DNA from: Schmidtea polychroa
Lineage: Eukaryota
DNA: 64,000 nucleotides
Assembly: GCA_044892525.1 (NCBI GenBank)
Contig: CM097887.1
Span: 111,206,397 to 111,270,396 of the forward strand
Reading direction: 5' to 3'
Below the pieces are notes generated by a model, which was not told where the DNA came from, made no database searches, and saw only the letters and a program-made list of their open reading frames with translations. Below, one piece after another: positions 27,152-38,019 of the stretch (position 1 is its first letter; each line of letters opens with the position of its first letter). A program made the translations under genes and the position numbers.

Positions 27152-28560
27152 CCTAGGTAGTTTTTGGCTAAGAGCCCAGCCGTACAAATTATTAATATCG
27201 ATATATAGAAGTTCAGTATTTTCATTTGTATTAACATAATGTTTGTTTACAAATGTCAACCCCCCTCTTATACTACCCTCAAAGAAATTAAACATCTCCA
27301 TGTCTTGAATCAACTCGATGGGTTCGTCTAAAGTCATCAGAGCTGAATTCCAAGACATACCGGGAATGCCCAAGAAGTTTAAAGGTTCAAGACGATTATG
27401 AGCTAAAGATTTATTTCGAAACTGCTGGAAAAAGTCAGCTAAAAGAAAGACATCTAGTTTTAGATAGACCATCATATAATCACAAAGGTTATTACAGTTG
27501 GTTTCCCTCCATATAATTTCAGCCATAGAATATTCGTCTTCAGTAACACCATCCCAAATTGGCGGTAATTGGGGAGTTGACCGAAGCACTTCAAGACTAG
27601 TGGCAAAATTATATGGGAAAATTCCTTTATTATTAACAATGGTTCCCTTAAATTCTGATCGTGTTATCGGTAAATTAGTAAGAGTTTTAACAGCGTCATT
27701 TAACGAACTATTAATAAATTGGCAGGAATCGATAAATTTAATATTTAAACCACCTATTCTCCCAGATAATGTTAAGAACTTTTCAGTTGTCGTTGGAATG
27801 CATGAAATATTCCAAGATTTAAAGCTACTCAATCCGTGTTTGAGGATATGATGAAGATCATACCCTCGCAAGTTATGGAAAACAATTGGAAATTCATATC
27901 TTATTTGACGAGAATTATTACAAGTTGAACAAGCTGCTCCCAAATATTTACCAGTAAAGTGATCATGATCTTTAGTCGGGTTTACTAAAGTTTTCTTGCA
28001 AAGATAACACATAACTGCGGAAGAAAAAGAAATAAGGTCAGCATCTGTAAAAATAATTTTCTTTTTCGAATTTTTATAAAAATAAGGTAAAACTGTTTTC
28101 ATACCAATTTTTTCAATCTCTTTAAGGAAACTAACAATACAATCTAACCCTAAAAAACTTTTATATAATTTAGTCCCTGTGAAATTATTTATTAGCAAAA
28201 GACCTGCAGAAATCGGCAAGTGCCTTTGAAAGTATTTATTATCAGTAGGTAAGATAGCCTCAAAGTCAGCGTAAACCACAAAAGGGGGAGTAACTGTTTT
28301 AGACCAATCATTAAAATATAAATTCTTATTTAATGGTAAAGTATATAAAGTTGTTCCTAATTGATTTCTCTCACATAAACCTTTATGTTTATCTAAAGAT
28401 TCAAGTGTACAGAAGCCATTTAAACAGCGATTACACCACAGACTTTGAATTCGAGTACTAGTAACAGTAGAATTACGACAATTTAAAAGTCTATCAAGAT
28501 TAGTGACTCCTATATAATGAAAAGAATCACTGCTTTCCAACAAAATTAAATTAATCGGTC
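27152..28560 (-). pseudogene. polB: Protein-primed PolB: exonuclease, endonuclease VII-like insert and motif A
   Basis: ExoI VYADFEA, CxxC..DHDHFTGKYLGAACxxCN, ExoII FHNLRGYD, ExoIII YLKLDV, motif A YIDINNLYG; the ORF-track tail after SQKLPR is LTR read-through. Confidence 0.92.
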
Positions 28561-29776
28561 TTCCGCTACAACTTTCGATCTATGTATGATGTCAACATAA
28601 GGATGTTTTAATACTTCAGAATTATTTAAAATATCCACTAAAGCATCCTCATCGTATGCAAGAACATTAATCGAAAGCCCTGGATTTTTATCTTCAAATT
28701 TAGGTATATTACAGAGACGCATCGGTAAGTCAGAAGGATCAAAGACTAGATCAGACAGATTATAATTATTAATTCGATTTCTATGATTGCCATCAACGTC
28801 ATCGTATTTCAAAATAGCCAAAATGCTATAGATGAAACACAAATCATCCGTATTGTTGATATTTATTACGCAATGTTTATTTAATAATGATTTAGGAGTT
28901 GGAAGAGAACCCCTCCCGCTCAATCTACTTATTTGAGAAAATTTTGTAATAACAAAATGTATTTCTTTAATTTTATTAATATTCCACTTACTTCCCTTTT
29001 CATTAATTAAAGTAATTTTCTCATTGAGAATAGCAATACCTTCATCTAAAAAGGTATCACTCATGGGTCTTGCAGAATTTGAAATGACGAAAGATTGAAA
29101 TTCTCCATCTTTTTCAAATTCCACTTCGATACAAAATTGAATCTTTACAGAACCCATTTCTCTGGTAACATTATTAAATTTATTAATTAAGGGCGTGGGT
29201 ACGGTTAAAGAATTTAAATTTAAATTTTCAACCATCATTTTAACTATGGCATGTGATTTACGTAAATCATAATTTACAACCGGTTCTAATGATCCACCAT
29301 ATTGTATCGTACTATCATTAATTATTTCGGCATCAGAGTCAGAAAGAGTTATTATATCAACTCCATTTTGAGAGTCAGATAGAAAATCTATATCCACATC
29401 ATTTTCAAAATCAGGAAGAGTTACCATATTATTTAAAACTACCTCATCGTCTTCAGAATCCGAGAGAATAATAATTTGATCATTATTATTTAAATTTTTA
29501 ATTTTAGATGGACGAGGGTTACTTATAGGCAAATCAGATTTCCTTTTATTAATTGAAAAATTAATTGGTAATTTAAAAATTTGTTTTTTCTTTTAAAGAT
29601 TAAATCGATTTAAATGATCTTTATGTTGATCATAAAAGTTAGAATAATTTAATTTTTCAGTGGAATTACAAATGGGGCAAACAAAATAAATAACACGGTT
29701 ATGGGGTTGGCCATAGTATTTTTCCATAGTTTTATGACAATCTTTGTCATGAAAGGAAGAATTACAAAACTTTGGA
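28546..29776 (-). pseudogene. N-terminal (terminal-protein) region of pPolB, separated from the polymerase by a frameshift
   Basis: GSKWNINKI, LLNKHCVININNTDDLCFIYSILA, FEDKNPGLSINV and INLILLE..FHYI (the last in the polB frame) are typical Polinton pPolB N-terminal motifs. The frame extends upstream of 29532 through one TAA to a CPIC..H..H segment. Confidence 0.75.
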
Positions 29777-30029
29777 TATAAGATACCTAAGTTTCAAAAG
29801 AAATTATCAAAGGATTGCATTATAAATAAAAATGAATATATGAAAATGAATATATGAACATCACAAATTGATTATTAGAAATAAATATTTAAAAAATCAA
29901 AAATACTATACACACATAAAATCTTTCATCCAATAAAATTAAAATGATTTGTTAAAAGGAATCTAATTGGTCAACTCGATTTTTAAAATTAATATATATA
30001 CTGAGTGCATGAAATTATTATATTTAATA

Positions 30030-30586
30030 ATGCAACAATATAAAAGTAATTTTATTATCATTATCTAGTATTGCTTAATCATTATTCTAGAAAGTTCAGT
30101 GAAAAAGATGGAGAAACAAGTAAATTCAGATATAATAAAGTTAATTCTACAGGAAAATTCAACATCGGCAGTTAATCTTATTAGAAAATCTCCTGTTCAG
30201 TTCCTACAATATTCTATGGAATATTTAAAATACCCAATAACTTATTCATTTAAAGTAAATATATTTATATCATTTAATCAAATATTAATTAAATTTTTTA
30301 TTAGGAACCTGTAACTTTGAAACAGAGTTTATATAATATACAAATAGGTAAAATTGGAGATATCGATAGAAAAAATATTTTAGAATTATTGTTGGCTATC
30401 AATAAAAATATTCAATTCAATGAAAACTTTACATTTATGAATTGTGATAAAGATTATGCTTTAGAAAATATTAAAAAAGAAAATGAAAATTCACATTTTA
30501 TGATAAAAATTCAAATTCAGGGTTTTAAAGAAGGAAAAGAAACAATCAGCCCTATATGGAAAATAATTGATACTAATATATTATAA
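30030..30586 (+). CDS. Maverick orphan protein, 153 aa, two introns (exons 30030-30045, 30091-30254, 30305-30586)
   Basis: Splicing GT-AG introns of 45 and 50 nt fuses ORFs 30099 and 30317 into one frame (462 nt). Confidence 0.6.
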
Positions 30587-30813
30587 GTCTTTATTTGTTT
30601 CTTATGTTATGGTATACATTATAATTTAATTAAAAATATTTCATTTAAAATTTTTTTTTATTGATAAATTTAAATTGATTAAATAAAATAATTAAATTTA
30701 AATAAAATCATAAATTATTATTATCTAATAAATTCAAAATTGTTTTAATTTTTACTTTGAGTAAATTAAATTAAATTCAAATTTGAAAAATAAATTAAAA
30801 TGAAATATAATAT

Positions 30814-31149
30814 TTAAATTAATATTAATTTAATTAAAATGAAAATATCTTTAAATACTAAAAAATATATATAATACTTACATTTTATCATGTTTGCATT
30901 AATTTCCTTGGAATTATTTCGAACCATTTTATCATTGTTGGTGTTTAAGTTTTTGTTGTTCATGTTATTTGAGTGGTTGCAAATCTTGCTATTGACGTTG
31001 TTCATGTTATTTGAGTTGTTTTAATTGTTGTTGTTGTTGCAATTCATTACCTAGAAAACATTATAAGAGAATTATTAATTAATTAATTACATAAAACTTA
31101 CAAAAGTTTGGGTATTGATAAAAGTGACTTTTAAATGAATTGTTTTCAT
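30814..31149 (-). pseudogene. Asn-rich low-complexity Maverick ORF with a 51-nt intron candidate (31051-31101)
   Basis: MKTIHLKVTFINTQTF|VMNCNNNNN*NNSNNMNN...; GTAAGT donor and TTTCTAG acceptor; one internal stop. Confidence 0.4.
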
Positions 31150-31314
31150 TTATATACTAGATATTACACAACAATGATTCAATAAAATAGTAACCAATAA
31201 AATTCAAGAAACCAAACACGTAATCACATACCATTAAATTATATTTACTAGTAGGATGACATAAAAAATTACAAACTAACAAGATAATATTTATTTGATT
31301 AAATTTTCTTATAT

Positions 31315-31700
31315 TCAAAGATCTTTCATTGACTTCAACCACGCTTAACAATGTTGCCCACATGTTTTTTTCAATGGACTTTGATAGCGAATTTTATTAT
31401 ATTCAATTGGCATTAACAATTATTGAAGTTTTGATATTAATAGAGGAGGATAATAAAACCCCATGGGATCAAATGCATATATTTTTTCCGGTTTCACATA
31501 AACTGCGAGCCAATGCTCTCCCTTGAGATTACAAGATTGAGTATTTACAATTAAAGCCTTGTTTACATCAATATATGGTATTTTATCTAATGGAAAAACT
31601 CCAAGAAATTCAGCTCCGAACAATCTTCGACCTATGTATTCAATCTGAATAGAACTATTATCAATAAATTAAAGTAATAAAAATGAAATTCTTACTTCAT
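31315..31700 (-). pseudogene. Adenain-like cysteine protease, one 41-nt intron (31655-31695), two in-frame stops
   Basis: MN|SIQIEYIGRRLFGAEFLGVFPLD..IVNTQ..GEHWLAV..FDPMG..YQSPLKKTCGQHC shows the catalytic H, D, Q and C of the adenovirus protease family. Confidence 0.85.
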
Positions 31701-31762
31701 TTTTAATAATTATTGTTTCCTAATTTGCTTTATAGTTCAAGCCAATCATTTTCAAACTTTGT

Positions 31763-32992
31763 TTACACTAGTACTGTACGATTGGATGTAATTTGAATCT
31801 CTTTTTCAAAGACGCCATAGACTATTACAGAAATTGATTCTGTTAGAGGTGTTCCAAATTTAATATCAAGTCTTAAATTTCCTTGCTGTGGCAATTGACT
31901 TTGATTAAGATCAAAGTCTGGAGCCAATACAAATGTAAAGAATGGATACTTTTCTTTAAAGTCAGACATACTAATTCCACAATTAATATTCTTATTAAGG
32001 TAACCCATGTTTCTAATTATTGACTGCATATAATTATAATTACTATAATTATCATTTTCAAAATCTTGACTATATTTTTCACGATAGTCGCTTCCTTTCA
32101 ATAAAGTTATTGATTTTACATTATTGTGGTCGTACATTGAATAAGAATTTGTTAGTGATCCATTATTTCTTTTATTTCTTTGAAATGTTACAAGGATAAA
32201 ATTTGGTAATCGCCGATCACCAAAGATTTGTTCTTTATAAAAAGAAGAAGATCCAGTAGGTAACGAAAATTCGACAACTTCCTTGCTTCTCAAAGGATAA
32301 ATTGCATTTCTTGAAGCAAGTCCAATTTGATGACCAGCTAAAACGGATGGTTCAACTCGAACTCTTCTTACCATTAATTTTGCATCTAATAATTCAATTT
32401 TAGGTTCTACTTTTGTACATGTTAAACTATGTGATGGACTTGATCTCGTCAATTTAATTTGGACACTAACACCAGGTAATAAATATTTTGGTTGATCCAT
32501 AAAATCAAATTGTATTGGTGAACATAATGAAAATGGTTTAGATTTTGCAATCCACGCTTTTCTTATATTATCATCTTCACTGTACCCCATACCTTCTAAA
32601 CATGTACGTTTTGTATCATGATTGTAATTTAATATGGTTTCGATAAATGCTTTATGAGCAAATGTATCATTTCCTCCTTCAACTTTAATAGAATTAAAAA
32701 TTAATTCAGATTCTTTAAAAAGAGTTTGGAAAAAGAAATTGTTTGCAGTTACAACAGAATCATCAGAAATATTTTCACCTACATTATTTACAACTTTCAA
32801 CTGAAGATAAAGTAAAGTATCATTCAAATCTAAATATTCGGTTTGAGATCCGTTAATGTAAAATTGAATTGAAGAGGTACCAGTATCCGTAATTGAATTC
32901 GTTGGATAAATATCTTCAAATGAACCATGCTCAATTACTGCTTGAGGTGATGGTCTATCAAAAATACATAATTCAGATTTTGCACTAATCAT
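31763..32992 (-). CDS. Major capsid protein (double jelly-roll, Polinton PY/hexon)
   Basis: KSELCIFDRP..QAVIE..IYP..IQFYING..YLDLNDTLLYLQLKV N-terminal signature; intact 409 aa. Confidence 0.88.
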   Translation of the reverse strand: MISAKSELCIFDRPSPQAVIEHGSFEDIYPTNSITDTGTSSIQFYINGSQTEYLDLNDTLLYLQLKVVNNVGENISDDSVVTANNFFFQTLFKESELIFNSIKVEGGNDTFAHKAFIETILNYNHDTKRTCLEGMGYSEDDNIRKAWIAKSKPFSLCSPIQFDFMDQPKYLLPGVSVQIKLTRSSPSHSLTCTKVEPKIELLDAKLMVRRVRVEPSVLAGHQIGLASRNAIYPLRSKEVVEFSLPTGSSSFYKEQIFGDRRLPNFILVTFQRNKRNNGSLTNSYSMYDHNNVKSITLLKGSDYREKYSQDFENDNYSNYNYMQSIIRNMGYLNKNINCGISMSDFKEKYPFFTFVLAPDFDLNQSQLPQQGNLRLDIKFGTPLTESISVIVYGVFEKEIQITSNRTVLV

Positions 32993-33390
32993 TTTTCGAA
33001 TATAGTTCCAAAACCTTTCATTCTTTTGTTTATATGCTTCTTTAATGTTTTTCTGCGTTTAATCATTCCACCTTTTTGTTCATTCTCTTGTTTATTAAAA
33101 ACATCAGATACTTTATTAATTACAGTAGGCAAATGTTGAATTACATCAGGTAGTGAATGTTTAATTTCAGATAAAACATTTGATTTTAAAGCAAGTAGAA
33201 TTTTTGAATTGTTATTTATTACATCATGTGCAGTTTTCATACCAAAATTACCTATGCGTCTAAGAATTGGTAAAGCAAATCGACCTATTGTTTTTAACCA
33301 ACCTGTTCCATATTGTTTACCAACAAAATATGGTAAATCTCCACCAGATTGACTATTACTATAAAAGTTTACAATATCAGGATTATTCAT
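32989..33390 (-). CDS. Core/membrane-active virion protein (adenovirus pVI/pX-like conserved Polinton ORF)
   Basis: FY..QSGG..YFVG.QYGTGW..IGRFALPIL amphipathic motif and basic C-terminus; position between minor and major capsid genes. Confidence 0.65.
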   Translation of the reverse strand: MNNPDIVNFYSNSQSGGDLPYFVGKQYGTGWLKTIGRFALPILRRIGNFGMKTAHDVINNNSKILLALKSNVLSEIKHSLPDVIQHLPTVINKVSDVFNKQENEQKGGMIKRRKTLKKHINKRMKGFGTIFEK

Positions 33391-34414
33391 TTATTTTACG
33401 AAAATGTAGTGTTAAATGTGTTTTGGTGTCTTTTGAAAATTTAACTAAATTTCCACTATCGTTGCGAATATTAATTTCAATGTTGTTTATAGATGAAGAT
33501 GAAATTGGAAGGTACATTGGGTTCTTTATTTCTAACTGTACTACCTCTCCCTGTTCATATCTTTTAATCCATATCGATTTTAATAGAGGAACTCTTACAT
33601 CACCAACATTTATTGGTTCAATGATATTAGAATAAATAAACATTTGTTGATGAATTTTAAATATTTTTGGAATTTTCACACCAACAAAGTCTTTTTCATT
33701 ATAAGTTTGATTCTTTAATCCTAAAGCTTTTGTTAATTTTTGATCAAATGTGATATTTGAAATATCATCTACAAGTGTTATTTTTACCAATTCTTGATTT
33801 TGAAGATTTATTTCTTTAAATGGAGATGGATTAATTGTCAATAAATACCCTCGCAACTCTGATAAAGTAGTTAAGAATAATTTATCTTCAAAATAATGTT
33901 CGAATTTTGTCTTGATATCGTAATTTATAGTTATCCCAATTTGTTCAATGATATTATTTTCAGTAAATTTAGGTAATTTAATTCGACAATGGTCAGTTTT
34001 GCTAATGATTGATATGGTTTTTAATTCAAACTTAGATGCATGTTTTGTGTCAAGAAATGATATTTTAAATGGAACATGTGGACAAACTATCACTAAGTTG
34101 TCATATCTTTCCAAGAACACATCAACATCTGGATTATATGTAGAATTTAAAATTTCTATGATTTTGTTTTGATTATTAATTTTCAAGTATTTAGTTTCTT
34201 CGCATGATTTTTTAAATTCGTATTGTACCCAGGAATTACTGTAATACGGAAAATGATTATACACAAATGTAAAATCAATCAAAGCTACTTCCCACTTCCC
34301 AATCAAATAAATTGGGTTTTGAAATTCAACTTTAAAATTACTAGCATTATTATCAGGATAAATAAGAGGACAACTATTACTAGGTAAAATCATATAAAAC
34401 TGGTTTTCCTTCAT
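33383..34414 (-). CDS. Minor capsid protein (penton)
   Basis: FYMILPSNS..YPDNNASNFKV..PIYLIGKWEVAL N-terminus and YLPISSSSINNIEINIRNDSG..LTLHFR C-terminus typical of Polinton pentons. Confidence 0.82.
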   Translation of the reverse strand: MKENQFYMILPSNSCPLIYPDNNASNFKVEFQNPIYLIGKWEVALIDFTFVYNHFPYYSNSWVQYEFKKSCEETKYLKINNQNKIIEILNSTYNPDVDVFLERYDNLVIVCPHVPFKISFLDTKHASKFELKTISIISKTDHCRIKLPKFTENNIIEQIGITINYDIKTKFEHYFEDKLFLTTLSELRGYLLTINPSPFKEINLQNQELVKITLVDDISNITFDQKLTKALGLKNQTYNEKDFVGVKIPKIFKIHQQMFIYSNIIEPINVGDVRVPLLKSIWIKRYEQGEVVQLEIKNPMYLPISSSSINNIEINIRNDSGNLVKFSKDTKTHLTLHFRKINE

Positions 34415-34419
34415 AATAT

Positions 34420-35542
34420 TTATTTAATCAATTGGTTTTCAGATATCCAGCTAGGATGTTTATAACCATGCCATTTCACATAGTATTGTTTATATTTCCC
34501 GTCCGATTTAGTTTTTAAAATCTCTTGAATTCTGAAGATTGTGGGTGATGGAATGACTTGTAGTTCTGGTTCGTAGAATTTGCCACTGACTTGATCGTTT
34601 TCATTATCTGTAATAAAGTACATGACCGGATTTTGATTAGTATCTATTTTCGATATTTTAAAAACTTCATCACTCCAATTGTTATCAAAATTCTTGATGA
34701 ATGGAGAAGCACTGATTTTACTTATTCTAACATGGTCTCCTACTTTATATTTCGGCTTTTTTGTTTTTGATTTATCTTGTTGTGATATCCAAGTATCAAT
34801 ATTATTTGTTGAATAAATATCGATTGGTCTCATTCCATTTATTCCTCTATGAGGTGAAAAATTGTAACTGTAAATTATTTTTGACAATACATTTATCCAC
34901 GTTTTATTGCCTTGATATACAAAATATTTTTTCAAACGATCTCTTAAAGTACGATTGAATCTTTCCACGTGCGCTGCTTTATATTGTGAAAATACTGAGT
35001 AATGATTTATTCCTTTGATAATTTCTTTAACTTTGCTATTATAAAAATCTTTACCTAAATTTAAAATTAATTAAAATTATTTAATTTATAATTTTACCCA
35101 AATCTGTTTGTAAATTACGAGGCTGTCCGTCAGCAAATAATGTTTTGAATGCATCAGCCATTTCATTAGCTGATTTAGATTTTGTTGGGATAGCACGAGC
35201 GTATCTACTAAATACATCAATACATGTCAAAATATATTTGTATCCTTTATTAATTTTTGAAAATGGAATCATTTCCATTAAATCCATTTGCCATAAATCA
35301 TTAACACCAAATGTTTTATAAGATCTCGTGGGGAATCTTTTTAACATTGGTTTATTTAGACTGTAGACTAATTGATTAGATAACCATTTTTGAGTTTCTT
35401 TCTTTGATTTATTTACTCTTTTTGCAAGTTTTTCTACACCACCAAAACCATCTGGATCTTTCGGGTTTGTCCAAATCGTTTTGAGTTTTTTCTCTAATAT
35501 TTTCTTCTTTGATTTGACCTTTTTGGAAAATGTTTCCTTCAT
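34420..35542 (-). CDS. Retroviral-like (RVE) integrase, 359 aa after removing a 43-nt intron (35055-35097)
   Basis: WQMDL (D), LQTDLG|KDFYN (D), HVERFNRTL (E), C-terminal chromo-like YYVKWHGY; the splice joins ORFs 35081 and 34420 in frame. Confidence 0.9.
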
Positions 35543-35626
35543 TATTACAACATGATGTTAATATATTTAAATCTAAATTATGTTTATCCGGTAATGAATT
35601 CTTAGCACCCATTATGATATTATATT

Positions 35627-35959
35627 TTAAGAATTTAATGACGAAATTGTGCTTATAGCCGATAATACAATTGGAATTAATGTACCTAAAAATCCGCCTT
35701 GTTGTTTATACATTATTTTTCTCATTAGATTTCGATTTTTTGTGTTAACTAATGATAAAAGAGATTTCTTATGTCTTTTTAATACAAACCTTTTAGCTTT
35801 ACTAATATTTACATTACCACGAACTATGTTAACAATAGCTTCGAGTAAATCATCAATAACAAATGATGGAAAAGCTTGTAATATACTCGTCCTTTTATTA
35901 TTTGGAGCCTTTAGCAAGGCGTTAAAATATGGTAAGCTACGTTGTAATTTCATTGTCAA
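35627..35959 (-). CDS. Small conserved Polinton ORF ending in QQGG-FLGTLIPIV (putative membrane-active peptide precursor)
   Basis: 110 aa, basic, C-terminal amphipathic GGFLGTLIPIVLSAI. Confidence 0.6.
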   Translation of the reverse strand: MTMKLQRSLPYFNALLKAPNNKRTSILQAFPSFVIDDLLEAIVNIVRGNVNISKAKRFVLKRHKKSLLSLVNTKNRNLMRKIMYKQQGGFLGTLIPIVLSAISTISSLNS

Positions 35960-35997
35960 TGATGCATTTTATTAATTAATTTGTTTATAATTTAATC

Positions 35998-36120
35998 CAA
36001 CTCTTCTTTTTCAATGATTTTTTAGTCTTATTTATAGTTTTTTCTTTCCGTTTAGTATTTCTTTTGTTTTCTTTCTGCTTTGTAACTTTTTCACGTTGAA
36101 CTATAACTTTTTTAAATGAC
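35998..36120 (-). CDS. Small Lys-rich basic ORF (possible DNA-condensing core peptide)
   Basis: MSFKKVIVQREKVTKQKENKRNTKRKEKTINKTKKSLKKKSWIKL between the ATPase and the next gene; start position approximate. Confidence 0.35.
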
Positions 36121-36144
36121 ATTTTTAAATAATAATAATCTATT

Positions 36145-36783
36145 TCATTTTTGTTTATAAATCGTAACACCTTTTTCATTGAAAATATCTGTTCTAACAC
36201 GTAAATCATCTGGACATTGTTGAGTAAAATCGAAAAATAAATACCCATGTGCTATCTTTGTTGCATCTTGGAAGGATTCAATTAAATATCTTCTATCATT
36301 AGGATAAGCCTGTCTTGCGAGAAAATCAATTATAGTTGCGTCTCGAGGATTTTTGAAAATAACTAAATATTGTACATTCAAATTACGCGTTCGATGACTT
36401 CCGCCTTGATGAAATAAATTTTGTGTTATAAAAATAACCGTTACTCCGATATGTCTACTGGTTTTTGTAAATAAATTATTAAAATCTTTCTCTTTATTTG
36501 TTTCCTGATATAAATCATCAATAATTATAACATCACCTTGATGTAATCTAGATGACCAATTTTTATCAAATCCCTTCATTATATTCATTTTTAATTTACA
36601 AAACTGATCTTGTGTCATACCATGCTCGTCATCAGCTCCCTTATGCCAGTATATTTTATTAAATTTTGATTTGAACATATTCGATTGTAATAATTTACAA
36701 ACAAATAAAGTTTTTCCACTACCACTGGGACCTACAATTTGATAAACGGCATCATTTCTTAATTCCATCTTAATTAATCTCAT
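36145..36783 (-). CDS. FtsK/A32-like DNA packaging ATPase
   Basis: Walker A GPSGSGKT, Walker B VIIIDD, FITQNLF..RTRNLNVQYLVIFKNPRD, HGYLFFD. Confidence 0.92.
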   Translation of the reverse strand: MRLIKMELRNDAVYQIVGPSGSGKTLFVCKLLQSNMFKSKFNKIYWHKGADDEHGMTQDQFCKLKMNIMKGFDKNWSSRLHQGDVIIIDDLYQETNKEKDFNNLFTKTSRHIGVTVIFITQNLFHQGGSHRTRNLNVQYLVIFKNPRDATIIDFLARQAYPNDRRYLIESFQDATKIAHGYLFFDFTQQCPDDLRVRTDIFNEKGVTIYKQK

Positions 36784-36857
36784 TTCATTAATATTATTGT
36801 TTATATTTGTTTAAATTTATTATTATAAGTATATAAAAATTATTTAAATTTTATTAC

Positions 36858-37304
36858 ATGACTTCATTATTATTGAGCAACATTAATTATAAAGGTAAGT
36901 GTTTAGTCAAAAACATGAAATTCCCATTAGGTAAACCCCAACAAGTTGTGGATAGAAGTGGGAACTATCCAATTATATTTTACAAGTCGGGTAGATGTCG
37001 GATAATGGCATGCAAGCAACCTCTTAAATTAGTTGATTTGAAATATAAGATACAAGATTTACAAATTCAGTCCATTACAGTAACTGCTGATATCGGTAAA
37101 TTTATAAATTTATACGAATTACAACATAAAGCTAAATGTATGTTTGAACCGGAAATATTTCCGGCCTTACGTCTTCAAAAGTATAATCCAGTTTGTGTTA
37201 ATGTATTTTCAAGCGGGAAGGTTGTATTACTTGGAATAAAAACTCTAGACTATAATCTCTATGTAGAGAACATTATTTCAGAAATTAAAATGTTAATTAA
37301 TTAA
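36858..37304 (+). CDS. TATA-binding-protein-like protein, 148 aa
   Basis: FEPEIFPALRL..PVCVNVFSSGKVVLLGIK matches TBP repeat 2 (YEPELFPGLIY..LIFVSGKVVLTGAK); IIFYKSGRCRIMACK matches repeat 1. Confidence 0.8.
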   Translation: MTSLLLSNINYKGKCLVKNMKFPLGKPQQVVDRSGNYPIIFYKSGRCRIMACKQPLKLVDLKYKIQDLQIQSITVTADIGKFINLYELQHKAKCMFEPEIFPALRLQKYNPVCVNVFSSGKVVLLGIKTLDYNLYVENIISEIKMLIN

Positions 37305-37343
37305 TTTTGTTTGTATTGATTTTGTTTTTAGTAGTTAGAAAAA

Positions 37344-37730
37344 ATGTCAAAAGGTAAAGAATATATTTTTATTTATAATTAATAATCTTTATATCTAGTT
37401 TACTTATTTGAAGTAATTTTAAAGAAGTTTCAAGAATTATACCCAGGAATAAGAAATACCATAGATTATTGTGCACCAGAGTTACTTATAAATAAAATAT
37501 TTCGTTTAACAGGTATTAATATAGAACAACTTTTAGAGTTGCACTACGATATGGTTCTAAGGTTTGACACTAGATGCATTGAAAATTGCATTGTTTGCAA
37601 AGATTCTATGAGATTGTCATGTCCCAATGGGTGTCCATGCTGTCACGACTTTAAAAGGGATCAATCAGTCCATATCTTATTAGCTGAAATGCGTAAAGCA
37701 TACTACACAGATGAATTTAACTTGAAATAA
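37344..37730 (+). CDS. Cys-rich Maverick orphan, 113 aa, one 45-nt intron (37354-37398)
   Basis: MSK|VYLFE... spliced in frame with ORF 37539; C-x3-C-x2-C..C-x3-C-x-CCH cluster. Confidence 0.6.
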
Positions 37731-37790
37731 AATGTTTTATATCATTTGCCTTTTACGTTGTTATTGTGAAATAGTCAAAGTTTTTATTGT

Positions 37791-38019
37791 NNNNNNNNNN
37801 NNNNNNNNNNNNNNNNNNNNNNNNNNNNNNNNNNNNNNNNNNNNNNNNNNNNNNNNNNNNNNNNNNNNNNNNNNNNNNNNNNNNNNNNNNNNNNNNNNNN
37901 NNNNNNNNNNNNNNNNNNNNNNNNNNNNNNNNNNNNNNNNNNNNNNNNNNNNNNNNNNNNNNNNNNNNNNNNNNNNNNNNNNNNNNNNNNNNNNNNNNNN
38001 NNNNNNNNNNNNNNNNNNN
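37791..38019. other. Assembly gap (229 N)
   Basis: Run of N at the inner edge of the right TIR. Confidence 1.
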
